From Heterodontus francisci (lineage: Eukaryota): a stretch of 64,000 nucleotides of DNA. Below, in pieces: positions 15,901-29,572 of the stretch. A program made the translations under genes and the position numbers. Below the pieces are notes generated by a model. It made no database searches, had not been told where the DNA came from, and saw only the letters and a list, made by a program, of their open reading frames with translations. Each line of letters opens with the position of its first letter. Within the stretch, counting starts at the first letter, position 1. The stretch spans positions 120,141,593-120,205,592 of the forward strand of contig NC_090378.1 in the NCBI RefSeq assembly GCF_036365525.1. Reading direction: 5' to 3'.

Positions 15901-18900
15901 TCAGTACAGGAGCTGGGACTGTGTGTCCAATATTATATATTATATGTAATTGTGGGATGTGTCAGTGCGGGAGGTGGGACCATGTGTCCATTATTATCTA
16001 CTATATATAAGTGTGGGGTGTGTCAGTGCGGGAGGTGGGACTTTGTGTCCATTATTATATATAATATATAACTGTGGGTTGTGTCAGTAGCGGAGGTGGG
16101 ACTGTGAGTCCATTATTATATATTATATATAACTGTGGGATGTGTCAGTGCGGGAGGTGGGACTGTGTGTCCAATATTATATATTATGTATAACTGTGGG
16201 ATGTGTCAGTGCAGGAGGTGGGACTGTGTGTCCATTATTATATATTATATATAATTGTGGGATGTGTCATTGCAGGAGGTGGCAATGTGTGTCCATTATT
16301 ATATATTATATACAACTGTGGGATGTGTCAGTGCGGGAGGTGGGACTGTTGTCCATTATTATATATTATATATAACTGTGGGACGTGTCAGTACAGGAGG
16401 TGGGACTGTGTATCCATTATAATATATTATATATAACTGAGGGATGTTTCAGTACAGGAGGTGGGACTGTGTGTCCATTATTATATATTATATATAACTG
16501 TGGGATGTGTCAGTGCAGGAGGTGCGACTGTGTGTCCATTATTATATATTACATATAACTGTGGGATGTGTCAGTACAGGAGCTGGGACTGTGTGTTCAT
16601 TATTATAGATTATATATAACTGTGGGATGTGTCAGTACAGGAGCTGGGACTGTGTGTTCATTATTATAGATTATATATAACTGTGGGATGTGTCAGTACA
16701 GGAGGTGGGACTGTGTGTCCATTATTATATATTATATATAACTGTGGGATGTGTCAGTACAGTAGGTGGGACTGTGAGTCAATTATTATATATTATATAT
16801 AATTGTGGGATGTGTCAGTGCAGGAGGTGGCAATGTGTGTCCATTATTATATATTATATACAACTGTGGGATGTGTCAGTGCGGGAGGTGGGACTGTTGT
16901 CCATTATTATATATTATATATAACTGTGGGATGTTTCAGTACAGGAGGTGGGACTGTGTGTCCATTATTATATATTATATATAACTGTGGGATTTGTCAG
17001 TATAGGAGGTGGGACTGTCTGTCCATTATTATATATTATATATAACTGTGTGATGTGTCAGTACAGGAGGTGGGACTGCGTGTCCATACTTACATATTAT
17101 ATATAAGTGTGGGACGTGTCAGTCCAGGAGGTGGGACAGTGTATCCATTATTATATATTATATATTACTGAGGGATTTGTCAGTACAGGAGGTGGGACTG
17201 TGTGTCCATTATTATATATTATATATAACTGTGGGATGTGTCAGTGCAGGAGGTGCAACTGTGTTTCCATTAATATATATTACATATAACTGTGGGATGT
17301 GTCAGTGCAGGAGCTGGGACTGTGTGTTCATTATTATAGGTTATATATAACTGTGGGATGTGTCAGTACAGGAGGTGGGACTGTGTGTCCATTATTATAT
17401 ATTATATATAACTGTGGGATGTGTCAGTACAGTAGGTGGGACTGTGAGTCAATTATTATATATTATATATAACTGTGGGATGTGTCAGTGCGGGAGGTGG
17501 GACTCTGTGTCCATTATTATATGTTATATATAACTGTGGGATGTGTCAGTACAGGAGGTGGGACTGTGTGTCCATTATAAGATTATATATAACTGTGGGA
17601 TGTGTCAGTACAGGAGGTGGGACTGTGTGCCCATTATTATATATTATCTATAACTGTGGGATTTGTCAGCATAGGAGGTGGGACTGTGTGTCCTTTATTG
17701 TTTATTATATAAAACTGTGAGATGTGTCAGTACAGGAGGACCGACTGTGTGTCCATCATTATATATTATATATAACTGTGGGATATGTCAGTGCAGGAGG
17801 TGGGACTGTGTGTCCATTATTATATATTATATATAACTGTGGGATATGTCAGTGCAGGAGGTGGGACTGTGTGTCCATTATTATATATTATATATAACTG
17901 TGTAATGTGTCAGTACAGGAGGTGGGACTGCGTGCCCATTATTATATATTATATATAACTGTGGAACGTGTCAGTCGAGGAGGTGGGACTGTGTGTCCAT
18001 TAATATATATTATATATAACTGTGGGATGTGTCAGTGCAGGTGGTGGGACCGTGTGTCCATTATTATATGTTATATATAACTGTGGGATGTGTCAGTACA
18101 GGAGCTGGGACTGTGTGTTCATTATTATAGATTATATATAACTGTGGGATGTGTCAGTACAGGAGCTGGGACTGTGTGTCCAATATTATATATTATATGT
18201 AACTGTGGGATGTGTCAGTGCGGGAGGTGGGACCATGTGTCCATTATTATCTATTATATATAAGTGTGGGGTGTGTCAGTGCGGGAGGTGGGACTTTGTG
18301 TCCATTATTATATATAATATATAACTGTGGGTTGTGTCAGTAGCGGAGGTGGGACTGTGAGTCCATTATTATATATTATATATAACTGTGGGATGTGTCA
18401 GTGCGGGAGGTGGGACTGTGTGTCCAATATTATATATTATGTATAACTGTGGGATGTGTCAGTGCAGGAGGTGGGACTGTGTGTCCATTATTATATATTA
18501 TATATAATTGTGGGATGTGTCAGTGCAGGAGGTGGCAATGTGTGTCCATTATTATATATTATATACAACTGTGGGATGTGTCAGTGCGGGAGGTGGGACT
18601 GTTGTCCATTATTATATATTATATATAACTGTGGGACGTGTCAGTACAGGAGGTGGGACTGTGTATCCATTATTATATATTATTTATAACTGAGGGATGT
18701 TTCAGTACAGGAGATGGGACTGTGTGTACATTATTATATATTATATATAACTGTGGGATTTGTCAGTATAGGAGGTGGGACTGTCTGTCCATTATTATAT
18801 ATTATTTATAAGTGTGTGATGTGTCAGTACAGGAGGTGGGACTGCGTGTCCATATTTATATATTATATATAAGTGTGGGACGTGTCAGTACAGGAGGTGG

Positions 18901-21900
18901 GACTGTGTATCCATTATTATATATTATATATAACTGAGGGATGTTTCAGTACAGGAGGTGGGACTGTGTGTCCATTATTATATATTATATATAACTGTGG
19001 GATGTGTCAGTGCAGGAGGTGCGACTGTGTTTCCATTAATATATATTACATATAACTGTGGGATGTGTCGGTACAGGAGCTGGGACTGTGTGTTCATTAT
19101 TATAGGTTATCTATAACTGTGGGATGTGTCAGTACAGGAGGTGGGACGGTGTGTCCATTATTATATATTATATATAACTGTGGGATGTGTCAGTACAGTA
19201 GGTGGGACTGTGAGTCAATTATTATATATTATATATAACTGTGGGATGTGTCAGTGCGGGAGGTGGGACTCTGTGTCCATTATTATATGTTATATATAAC
19301 TGTGGGATGTGTCAGTACAGGAGGTGGGACTGTGTGTCCATTATAAGATTATATATAACTGTGGGATGTGTCAGTACAGGAGGTGGGACTGTGTGCCCAT
19401 TATTATATATTATATAGAACTGTGGGATTTGTCAGCATAGGAGGTGGGACTGTGTGTCCTTTATTGTTTATTATATAAAACTGTGAGATGTGTCAGTACA
19501 GGAGGACCGACTGTGTGTCCATCATTATATGTTATATATAACTGTGGGATATGTCAGTGCAGGAGGTGGGACTGTGTGTCCATTATTATATAGTATATAT
19601 AACTGTGGGATATGTCAGTGCAGGAGGTGGGACTGTGTGTCCATTATTATATATTATATATAACTGTGTAATGTGTCAGTACAGGAGGTGGGACTGCGTG
19701 CCCATTATTATATATTATATATAACTGTGGAACGTGTCAGTCGAGGAGGTGGGACTGTGTGTCCATTAATATATATTATATATAACTGTGGGATGTGTCA
19801 GTGCAGGTGGTGGGACCGTGTGTCCATTATTATATGTTATATATAACTGTGGGATGTGTCAGTACAGGAGCTGGGACTGTGTGTCCAATATTATATATTA
19901 TATATAACTGTGGGATGTGTCAGTGCGGGAGGTGGGACCATGTGTCCATTATTATCTATTATATATAAGTGTGGGGTGTGTCAGTGCGGGAGGTGGGACT
20001 TTGTGTCCATTATTATATATAATATATAACTGTGCGTTGTGTCAGTAGCGGAGGTGGGACTGTGAGTCCATTATTATATATTATATATAACTGTGGGATG
20101 TGTCAGTGCGGGAGGTGGGACTGTGTGTCCAATATTATATATTATGTATAACTGTGGGATGTGTCAGTGCAGGAGGTGGGACTGTGTGTCCATTATTATA
20201 TATTATATATAATTGTGGGATGTGTCAGTGCAGGAGGTGGCAATGTGTGTCCATTATTATATATTATATACAACTGTGGGATGTGTCAGTGCGGGAGGTG
20301 GGACTGTTGTCCATTATTATATATTATATATAACTGTGGGACGTGTCAGTACAGGAGGTGGGACTGTGTATCCATTATTATATATTATTTATAACTGAGG
20401 GATGTTTCAGTACAGGAGGTGGGACTGTGTGTACATTATTATATATTATATATAACTGTGGGATTTGTCAGTATAGGAGGTGGGACTGTCTGTCCATTAT
20501 TATATATTATATATAACTGTGGGATGTGTCAGTACAGGAGGTGGGACTGTGAGTCCATTATTTTTTATTATATATATCTGTGGGACGTGTCAGTACAGGA
20601 GGTGGGACTGTGTATCCATTATTATATATTATATATAACTGAGGGATGTTTCAGTACAGGAGGTGGGACTGTGTGTCCATTATTATATATTATATATAAC
20701 TGTGGGATGTGTCAGTGCAGGAGGTGCGACTGTGTGTCCATTATTATATATTACATATAACTGTGGGATGTGTCAGTACAGGAGCTGGGATTGTGTGTTC
20801 ATTATTATAGATTATATATAACTGTGGGATGTGTCAGTACAGGAGGTGGGACTGTGTGTCCATTATTATATATTATATATAACTGTGGGATGTGTCAGTA
20901 CAGTAGGTGGGACTGTGAGTCAATTATTATATATTATATATAACTGTGGGATGTGTCAGTGCGGGAGGTGGGACTGTTGTCCATTATTATATATTATATA
21001 TAATTGTGGGATGTGTCAGTGCAGGAGGTGGCAATGTGTGTCCATTATTATATATTATATACAACTGTGGGATGTGTCAGTGCGGGAGGTGGGACTGTTG
21101 TCCATTATTATTTATTATATATAACTGTGGGACGTGTCAGTACAGGAGGTGGGACTGTGTATCCATTATTATATATTATATATAACTGAGGGATGTTTCA
21201 GTACAGGAGGTGGGACTGTGTGTCCATTATTATATATTATATATAACTGTGGGATTTGTCAGTATAGGAGGTGGGACTGTCTGTCCATTATTATATATTA
21301 TATATAACTGTGTGATGTGTCAGTACAGGAGGTGGGACTGCGTGTCCATATTTACATATTATATATAAGTGTGGGACGTGTCAGTACAGGAGGTGGGACT
21401 GTGTATCCATTATTATATATTATATATAACTGTGGGATGTGTCAGTGCAGGAGGTGCGACTGTGTTTCCATTAATATATATTACATATAACTGTGGGATG
21501 TGTCAGTACAGGAGCTGGGACTGTGTGTTCATTATTATAGATTATATATAACTGTGGGATGTGTCAGTGCAGGAGGTGCGACTGTGTTTCCATTAATATA
21601 TATTACCTATAACTGTGGGATGTGTCAGTACAGGAGCTGGGACTGTGTGTTCATTATTATAGATTATATATAACTGTGGGATGTGTCAGTACAGGAGGTG
21701 GGACTGTGTGTCCATTATAAGATTATATATAACTGTGGGATGTGTCAGGACAGTAGGTGGGACTGTGAGTCAATTATTATATATTATATATAACTGTGGG
21801 ATGTGTCAGTACGGGAGGTGGGACTCTGTGTCCATTATTATATGTTATATATAACTGTGGGATGTGTCAGTACAGGAGGTGGGACTGTGTGTCCATTATA

Positions 21901-24900
21901 AGATTATATATAACTGTGGGATGTGTCAGGACAGGAGGTGGGACTGTGTGCCCATTATTATATATTATATATAACTGTGGGATTTGTCAGTATAGGAGGT
22001 GGGACTGTGTGTCCTTTATTGTTTATTATATATAACTGTGGGATTTGTCAGTATAGGAGGTGGGACTGTGTGTCCTTTATTGTTTATTATATATAACTGT
22101 GAGATGTGTCAGTCCAGGAGGACCGACTGTGTGTCCATTATTATATATTATATATAACTGTGGGATATGTCAGTGCAGGAGGTGGGACTGTGTGTCCATT
22201 ATTATATATTATATATAACTGTGTAATGTGTCAGTACAGGAGGTGGAACTGCGTGCCCATTATTATATATTATATATAACTGTGGGGTGTGTCAGTGCAG
22301 GAGGTGGGACTGTGTGCCCATTATTATATATTATATATAACTGTGGGATTTGTCAGTATAGGAGGTGGGACTGTGTGTCCTTTATTGTTTATTATATATA
22401 ACTGTGAGATGTGTCAGTCCAGGAGGACCGACTGTGTGTCCATTATTATATATTATATATAACTGTGGGATATGTCAGTGCAGGAGGTGGGACTGTGTGT
22501 CCATTATTATATATTATATATAACTGTGGGATGTGTCAGTACAGGAGGTGGGACTGTGTGCCCATTATTATATATTATATATAACTGTGGGATATGTCAG
22601 TGCAGGAGGTGAGACGGTGTGTCCATTATTATATATTATATATAACTGTGGGATGTGTCAGTACAGGAGGTGGGACTGTGTGCCCATTATTATATATTAT
22701 ATATAACTGTGGGATTTGTCAGTATAGGAGGTGGGACTGTGTGTCCTTTATTGTTTATTATATATAACTGTGAGATGTGTCAGTCCAGGAGGACCGACTG
22801 TGTGTCCATTATTATATATTATATATAACTGTGGGATATGTCAGTGCAGGAGGTGGGACTGTGTGTCCATTATTATATATTATATATAACTGTGTAATGT
22901 GTCAGTACAGGAGGTGGGACTGCGTGTCCATTATTATATATTATATATAACTGTGGGATATGTCAGTGCAGGAGGTGGGACTGTGTGTCCATTATTATAT
23001 ATTATATATAACTGTGTAATGTGTCAGTACAGGAGGTGGGACTGTGTGTCCATTATTATATATTATATATAACTGTGGGCTGTGTCAGTACAGGAGGTGG
23101 GACTGTGTGCCCATTATTATATATTATATATAACTGTGGGGTGTGTCAGTACAGGAGGTGGGAATGTGTATCCATTATTATATATTATTTCTTACTGTGG
23201 GATGTGTCAGTACAGGAAGTGGGAATGTGTATCCATTATTATATATTATATATAACTGTGGGATGTGTCAGTACAGGAGGTGGGAATGTGTATCCATTAT
23301 TATATATTATATATAACTGTGGGATGTGTCAGTACAGGAGGTGGGACTGTGTGTCCATTATTGTATATTTTATATAACTGTGAGATGTGTCAGTACAGGA
23401 GCTGGTACTGTGTGTCCATTATTATATATTATATATAACTGTGGGCTATGTCAGTGCAGGAGGTGGGACTGTGTTTCCATTATTATATATTATATATAAC
23501 TGTGGGCTATGTCAGTAGCGGAGGTGGGACTGTGAGTCCATTATTATATATTATATATAACTGTGGGACGTGTCAGTACAGGAGGTGGGACTGTGTATCC
23601 ATTATTATATATTATATATAACTGTGGGACGTGTCAGTACAGGAGGTGGGACTGTGTATCCATTATTATATATTATATATAACTGTGGGATGTGTCAGTG
23701 CAGGAGGTGCGACTGTGTGTCCATTAATATATATTACATATAACTGTGGGATGTGTCAGTGCAGGAGGTGGGACTGTGTGTCCATTATTATATATTACAT
23801 ATAACTGTGGGATGTGTCAGTACAGGAGCTGGGATTGTGTGTTCATTATTATATATTACATATAACTGTGGGATGTGTCAGTACAGGAGGTGGGACTGTG
23901 TGTCCATTATTATATATTACATATAACTGTGGGATGTGTCAGTACAGGAGCTGGGATTGTGTGTTCATTATTATAGATTATATATAACTGTGGGATGTGT
24001 CAGTACAGGAGGTGGGACTGTGTGTCCATTATTATATATTATATATAACTGTGGGATGTGTCAGTACAGTCGGTGGGACTGTGAGTCAATTATTATATAT
24101 TAATTATAACTGTGGGATGTGTCAGTGCAGGAGGTGGGACTGTGTGTCCATTATTATATATTATATATAATTGTGGGATGTGTCAGTGCAGGAGGTGGCA
24201 ATGTGTGTCCATTATTATATATTATATACAACTGTGGGATGTGTCAGTGCGGGAGGTGGGACTGTTGTCCATTATTATATATTATATATAACTGTGGGAT
24301 GTTTCAGTACAGGAGGTGGGACTGTGTATCCATTATTATATATTATATATAACTGAGGGATGTTTCAGTACAGGAGGTGGGACTGTGTGTACATTATTAT
24401 ATATTATATATAACTGTGGGATTTGTCAGTATAGGAGGTGGGACTGTCTGTCCATTATTATATATTATATATAACTGTGTGATGTGTCAGTACAGGAGGT
24501 GGGACTGCGTGTCCATATTTATATATTATATATAAGTGTGGGACGTGTCAGTACAGGAGGTGGGACTGTGTATCCATTATTATATATTATATATAACTGA
24601 GGGATGTTTCAGTACGGAGGTGGGACTGTGTGTCCATTATTATATATTATATATAACTGTGGGATGTGTCAGTGCAGGAGGTGCGACTGTGTGTCCATTA
24701 TTATATATTACATATAACTGTGGGATGTGTCAGTACAGGAGCGTGGACTGTGTGTTCATTATTATAGATTATATATAACTGTGGGATGTGTCAGTACAGG
24801 AGGTGGGACTGTGTGTCCATTATTATATATTATATATAACTGTGGGATGTGTCAGTACAGTAGGTGGGACTGTGAGTCAATTATTATATATTATATATAA

Positions 24901-26235
24901 CTGTGGGATGTGTCAGTGCGGGAGGTGGGACTCTGTGTCCATTATTATATGTTATATATAACTGTGGGATGTGTCAGTACAGGAGGTGGGACTGTGTGCC
25001 CATTATTATATATTATATATAACTGTGGGATTTGTCAGTATAGGAGGTGGGACTGTGTGTCCTTTATTGTTTATGATATATAACTGTGAGATGTGTCAGT
25101 ACAGGAGGACCGACTGTGTGTCCATTATTATATATTATATATAACTGTGGGATATGTCAGTGCAGGAGGTGGGACTGTGTGTCCATTAATATATATTATA
25201 TATAACAGTGGGATGTGTCAGTGCAGGTGGTGGGACCGTGTGTCCATTATTATATGTTATATATAACTGTGGGATGTGTCAGTAGAGGAGGTGGGACTGT
25301 GTGTCCATTATTATATATTATATATAACTGTGGGATGTGTCAGTGCGGGAGGTGGGACTGTATGTCCAATATTATATATTATATGTAACTGTGGGATGTG
25401 TCAGTGCGGGAGGTGGGACCATGTGTCCATTATTATCTATTATATATAAGTGTGGGGTGTGTCAGTGCGGGAGGTGGGACTTTGTGTCCATTATTATATA
25501 TAATATATAACTGTGGGTTGTGTCAGTAGCGGAGGTGGGACTGTGAGTCCATTATTATATATTATATATAACTGTGGGATGTGTCAGTGCGGGAGGTGGG
25601 ACTGTGTGTCCAATATTATATATTATGTATAACTGTGGGATGTGTCAGTGCAGGAGGTGGGACTGTGTGTCCATTATTGTATATTATATATAATTGTGGG
25701 ATGTGTCAGTGCAGGAGGTGGCAATGTGTGTCCATTATTATATATTATATACAACTGTGGGATGTGTCAGTGCGGGAGGTGGGACTGTTGTCCATTATTA
25801 TATATTATATATAACTGTGGGACGTGTCAGTACAGGAGGTGGGACTGTGTATCCATTATTATATATTATATATAACTGAGGGATGTTTCAGTACAGGAGG
25901 TGGGACTGTGTGTCCATTATTATATATTATATATAACTGTGGGATTTGTCAGTATAGGAGGTGGGACTGTCTGTCCATTATTATATATTATATATAACTG
26001 TGTGATGTGTCAGTACAGGAGGTGGGACTGCGTGTCCATATTTATATATTATATATAAGTGTGGGACGTGTCAGTACAGGAGGTGGGACTGTGTATCCAT
26101 TATTATATATTATATATAACTGTGGGATATGTCAGTACAGTAGGTGGGACTGTGAGTCCATTATTATATATTATATATAACTGTGAGATGTGTCAGTACA
26201 GGAGGTGGGACTGTGTGTCCATTATTATTTATTAT

Positions 26236-26245
26236 ATATAACTGT
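26236..26245 (+). repeat. Left target-site duplication ATATAACTGT of the full-length LINE (partner at 29573-29582)
   Basis: The same 10-mer lies on both sides; removing the element plus one copy restores a normal monomer. Confidence 0.9.
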
Positions 26246-29200
26246 CCCGCCACAGTCTGCCTGCTTCAATGGGTGCTTGGAGCTCAGGGTCATTGCCCGA
26301 AAGGTGGACTGATACACCGCACCAAACAACATGAAAAAAGGAAAGAAGGTACCAGCCCTTCGCTTTGCAAGCTGGAACGTCAGAACTATGTGTCCTGGCC
26401 TGTCGGAAGACCTTACACAAATCAACGATTCTCGGAAGACCGCCATCATTAACAACGAGCTCAGTAGACTCAATGTGGACATTGCAGCACTTCAGGAGAC
26501 TCGCCTCCCCGCGAGTGGCTCTCTAGCAGAGCAAGACTACACCTTCTTCTGGCAGGGCAGGGATCCTGAAGAACCAAGACAACATGGAGTGGGCTTCGCC
26601 ATCAGAAACTCCTTGCTCAGCATGATAGAGCCTCCCTCAAATGGCTCGGAACGCATACTGTCCATCCGACTGCTCACCACCTCTGGTCCAGTACACCTAC
26701 TCAGCATCTATGCTCCAACACTCTGTTCCGCACCTGAAGCTAAAGACCAGTTCTATGAACAACTCCATAACATCATTAGCAGCATCCCCAACACCGAACA
26801 CCTATTCCTGCTGGGGGACTTTAATGCCAGGGTTGGGGCCGACCATGACTCATGGCCCTCCTGCCTTGGGCGCTATGGCGTTGGAAGGATGAATGAGAAC
26901 GGGCAGAGACTGCTTGAGTTGTGTACCTATCATAACCTCTGCATCACCAACTCGTTCTTTCACACTAAACCCTGTCACCAGGTTTCATGGAGGCACCCAA
27001 GATCACGTCGTTGGCACCAGCTAGACCTCATTGTCACAAGGCGAGCCGCCTTAAACAGTGTTCAAATCACACGCAGCTTCCACAGTGCGGACTGCGACAC
27101 CGACCACTCCCTGGTGTGCAGCAAGGTTAGACTCAGACCAAAGAAGTTGCATCATTCCAAGCAGAAGGGCCACCCGCGCATCAACACAAGCAGAATTTCT
27201 CACCCACAGCTGTTACAAAAATTTCTAAATTCACTTGTAACAGCCCTTCAAAACACTCCCACAGGGGATGCTGAGACCAAGTGGGCCCACATCAGAGACG
27301 CCATCTATGAGTCAGCTTTGACCACCTACGGCAAAAGTGCGAAGAGAAATGCAGACTGGTTTCAATCTCATAATGAAGAGCTGGAACCTGTCATAGCCGC
27401 TAAGCGCATTGCACTTTTGAACTACAAGAAAGCCCCCAGCGATTTAACATCCGCAGCACTTAAAGCAGCCAGAAGTACTGCACAAAGAACAGCTAGGCGT
27501 TGCGCAAACGACTACTGGCAACACCTATGCAGTCATATTCAGCTGGCCTCAGACACCGGAAACATCAGAGGAATGTATGATGGCATGAAGAGAGCTCTTG
27601 GGCCAACCATCAAGAAGATCACCCCCCTCAAATCTAAATCGGGGGACATAATCACTGACCAACGCAAACAGATGGACCGCTGGGTTGAGCACTACCTAGA
27701 ACTGTACTCCAGGGAGAATGCTGTCACTGAGACTGCCCTCAATGCAGCCCAGCCTCTACCAGTCATGGATGAGCTGGACATACAGCCAACCAAATCGGAA
27801 CTCAGTGATGCCATTGATTCCCTAGCCAGCGGAAAAGCCCCTGGGAAGGACAGCATTACCCCTGAAATAATCAAGAGTGCCAAGCCTGCTATACTCTCAG
27901 CACTACATGAACTGCTATGCCTGTGCTGGGACGAGGGAGCAGTACCCCAGGACATGCGCGATGCCAACATCATCACCCTCTATAAAAACAAAGGTGACCG
28001 CGGTGACTGCAACAACTACCGTGGAATCTCCCTGCTCAGCATAGTGGGGAAAGTCTTTGCTCGAGTCGCTCTGAACAGGCTCCAGAAGCTGGCCGAGCGC
28101 GTCTACCCTGAGGCACAGTGTGGCTTTCGTGCAGAGAGATCGACTATTGACATGCTGTTCTCCCTTCGTCAGATACAGGAGAAATGCCGTGAACAACAGA
28201 TGCCCCTCTACATTGCTTTCACTGATCTCACCAAAGCCTTTGACCTCGTCAGCAGACGTGGTCTCTTCAGACTACTAGAAAAGATCGGATGTCCACCAAA
28301 GCTACTAAGTATCATCACCTCATTCCATGACAATATGAAAGGCACAATTCAACATGGTGGCTCCTCATCAGAGCCCTTTCCTATCCTGAGTGGTGTGAAA
28401 CAGGGCTGTGTTCTCGCACCCACACTTTTTGGGATTTTCTTCTCCCTGCTGCTTTCACATGCGTTCAAATCCTCTGAAGAAGGAATTTTCCTCCACACAA
28501 GATCAGGGGGCAGGTTGTTCAACCTTGCCCGTCTAAGAGCGAAGTCCAAAGTACGGAAAGTCCTCATCAGAGAACTCCTCTTTGCTGACGATGCTGCTTT
28601 AACATCTCACACTGAAGAATGCCTGCAGAGTCTCATCGACAGGTTTGCGTCTGCCTGCAATGAATTTGGCCTAACCATCAGCCTCAAGAAAACGAACATC
28701 ATGGGGCAGGATGTCAGAAATGCTCCATCCATCAATATTGGCGACCACGCTCTGGAAGTGGTTCAAGAGTTCACCTACCTAGGCTCAACTATCACCAGTA
28801 ACCTGTCTCTAGATGCAGAAATCAACAAGCGCATGGGTAAGGCTTCCACTGCTATGTTCAGACTGGCCAAGAGAGTGTGGGAAAATGGCGCACTGACACG
28901 GAACACAAAAGTCCGAGTGTATCAGGCCTGTGTCCTCAGTACCTTGCTCTACGGCAGCGAGGCCTGGACAACGTATGCCAGCCAAGAGCGACGTCTCAAT
29001 TCATTCCATCTTCGCTGCCTTCGGAGAATACTTGGCATCAGGTGGCAGGACTATATCTCCAACACAGAAGTCCTTGAAGCGGCCAACATCCCCAGCTTAT
29101 ACACACTACTGAGTCAGCGGCGCTTGAGGTGGCTTGGCCATGTGAGCCGCATGGAAGATGGCAGGATCCCCAAAGACACATTGTACAGCGAGCTCGCCAC

Positions 29201-29572
29201 TGGTATCAGACCCACCGGCCGTCCATGTCTCCGTTATAAAGACGTCTGCAAACGCGACATGAAATCGTGTGACATTGATCACAAGTCGTGGGAGTCAGTT
29301 GCCAGCATTCGCCAGAGCTGGCGGGCAGCCATAAAGACAGGGCTAAATTGTGGCGAGTCGAAGAGACTTAGTAGTTGGCAGGAAAAAAGACAGAGGCGCA
29401 AGGGGAGAGCCAACTGTGCAACAGCCCCAACAAACAAATTTCTCTGCAGCACCTGTGGAAGAGCCTGTCACTCCAGAATTGGCCTTTATAGCCACTCCAG
29501 GCGCTGCTTCACAAACCACTGACCACCTCCAGGCGCGTATCCATTGTCTCTCGAGATAAGGAGGCCCAAAAG
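26246..29572 (+). mobile_element. Non-LTR retrotransposon (LINE), RTE clade, coding-intact copy (3327 bp)
   Basis: Abrupt switch from satellite to unique sequence. Single long APE-RT ORF, 85-bp 5' leader, about 50-bp 3' UTR ending CCATTGTCTCTCGAGATAAGGAGGCCCAAAAG. Flanked by the 10-bp direct repeat ATATAACTGT (26236-26245 and 29573-29582). About 3.3 kb with no ORF1 fits RTE architecture. Confidence 0.93.
26331..29522 (+). CDS. RTE-type LINE polyprotein: AP-like endonuclease, reverse transcriptase and C-terminal zinc-finger-like motif (1063 aa)
   Basis: APE motifs WNVRT, ALQETR, GVGF, IYAPT, LGDFNARVG, TDHSLV. RT motifs NYRGISLL, QCGFR, DLTKAFD, GVKQGCVLAPTLF, FADD, YLGS. C-terminal CSTCGRACHSRIGLYSHSRRC. 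No stops or frameshifts. Confidence 0.96.
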   Translation: MKKGKKVPALRFASWNVRTMCPGLSEDLTQINDSRKTAIINNELSRLNVDIAALQETRLPASGSLAEQDYTFFWQGRDPEEPRQHGVGFAIRNSLLSMIEPPSNGSERILSIRLLTTSGPVHLLSIYAPTLCSAPEAKDQFYEQLHNIISSIPNTEHLFLLGDFNARVGADHDSWPSCLGRYGVGRMNENGQRLLELCTYHNLCITNSFFHTKPCHQVSWRHPRSRRWHQLDLIVTRRAALNSVQITRSFHSADCDTDHSLVCSKVRLRPKKLHHSKQKGHPRINTSRISHPQLLQKFLNSLVTALQNTPTGDAETKWAHIRDAIYESALTTYGKSAKRNADWFQSHNEELEPVIAAKRIALLNYKKAPSDLTSAALKAARSTAQRTARRCANDYWQHLCSHIQLASDTGNIRGMYDGMKRALGPTIKKITPLKSKSGDIITDQRKQMDRWVEHYLELYSRENAVTETALNAAQPLPVMDELDIQPTKSELSDAIDSLASGKAPGKDSITPEIIKSAKPAILSALHELLCLCWDEGAVPQDMRDANIITLYKNKGDRGDCNNYRGISLLSIVGKVFARVALNRLQKLAERVYPEAQCGFRAERSTIDMLFSLRQIQEKCREQQMPLYIAFTDLTKAFDLVSRRGLFRLLEKIGCPPKLLSIITSFHDNMKGTIQHGGSSSEPFPILSGVKQGCVLAPTLFGIFFSLLLSHAFKSSEEGIFLHTRSGGRLFNLARLRAKSKVRKVLIRELLFADDAALTSHTEECLQSLIDRFASACNEFGLTISLKKTNIMGQDVRNAPSINIGDHALEVVQEFTYLGSTITSNLSLDAEINKRMGKASTAMFRLAKRVWENGALTRNTKVRVYQACVLSTLLYGSEAWTTYASQERRLNSFHLRCLRRILGIRWQDYISNTEVLEAANIPSLYTLLSQRRLRWLGHVSRMEDGRIPKDTLYSELATGIRPTGRPCLRYKDVCKRDMKSCDIDHKSWESVASIRQSWRAAIKTGLNCGESKRLSSWQEKRQRRKGRANCATAPTNKFLCSTCGRACHSRIGLYSHSRRCFTNH

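Noticed and set aside
1-26245. Ig class-switch-like region (GAGCTGGG variants, G-rich strand)
   Set aside because: AGCT occurs only in minority variants, the locus is a light chain, and the G-rich strand would be the template strand for V transcription, which does not favour R-loops.
26183-29559. Small overlapping and antisense ORFs within the LINE
   Set aside because: Shadow frames of the long RT ORF with no independent evidence.
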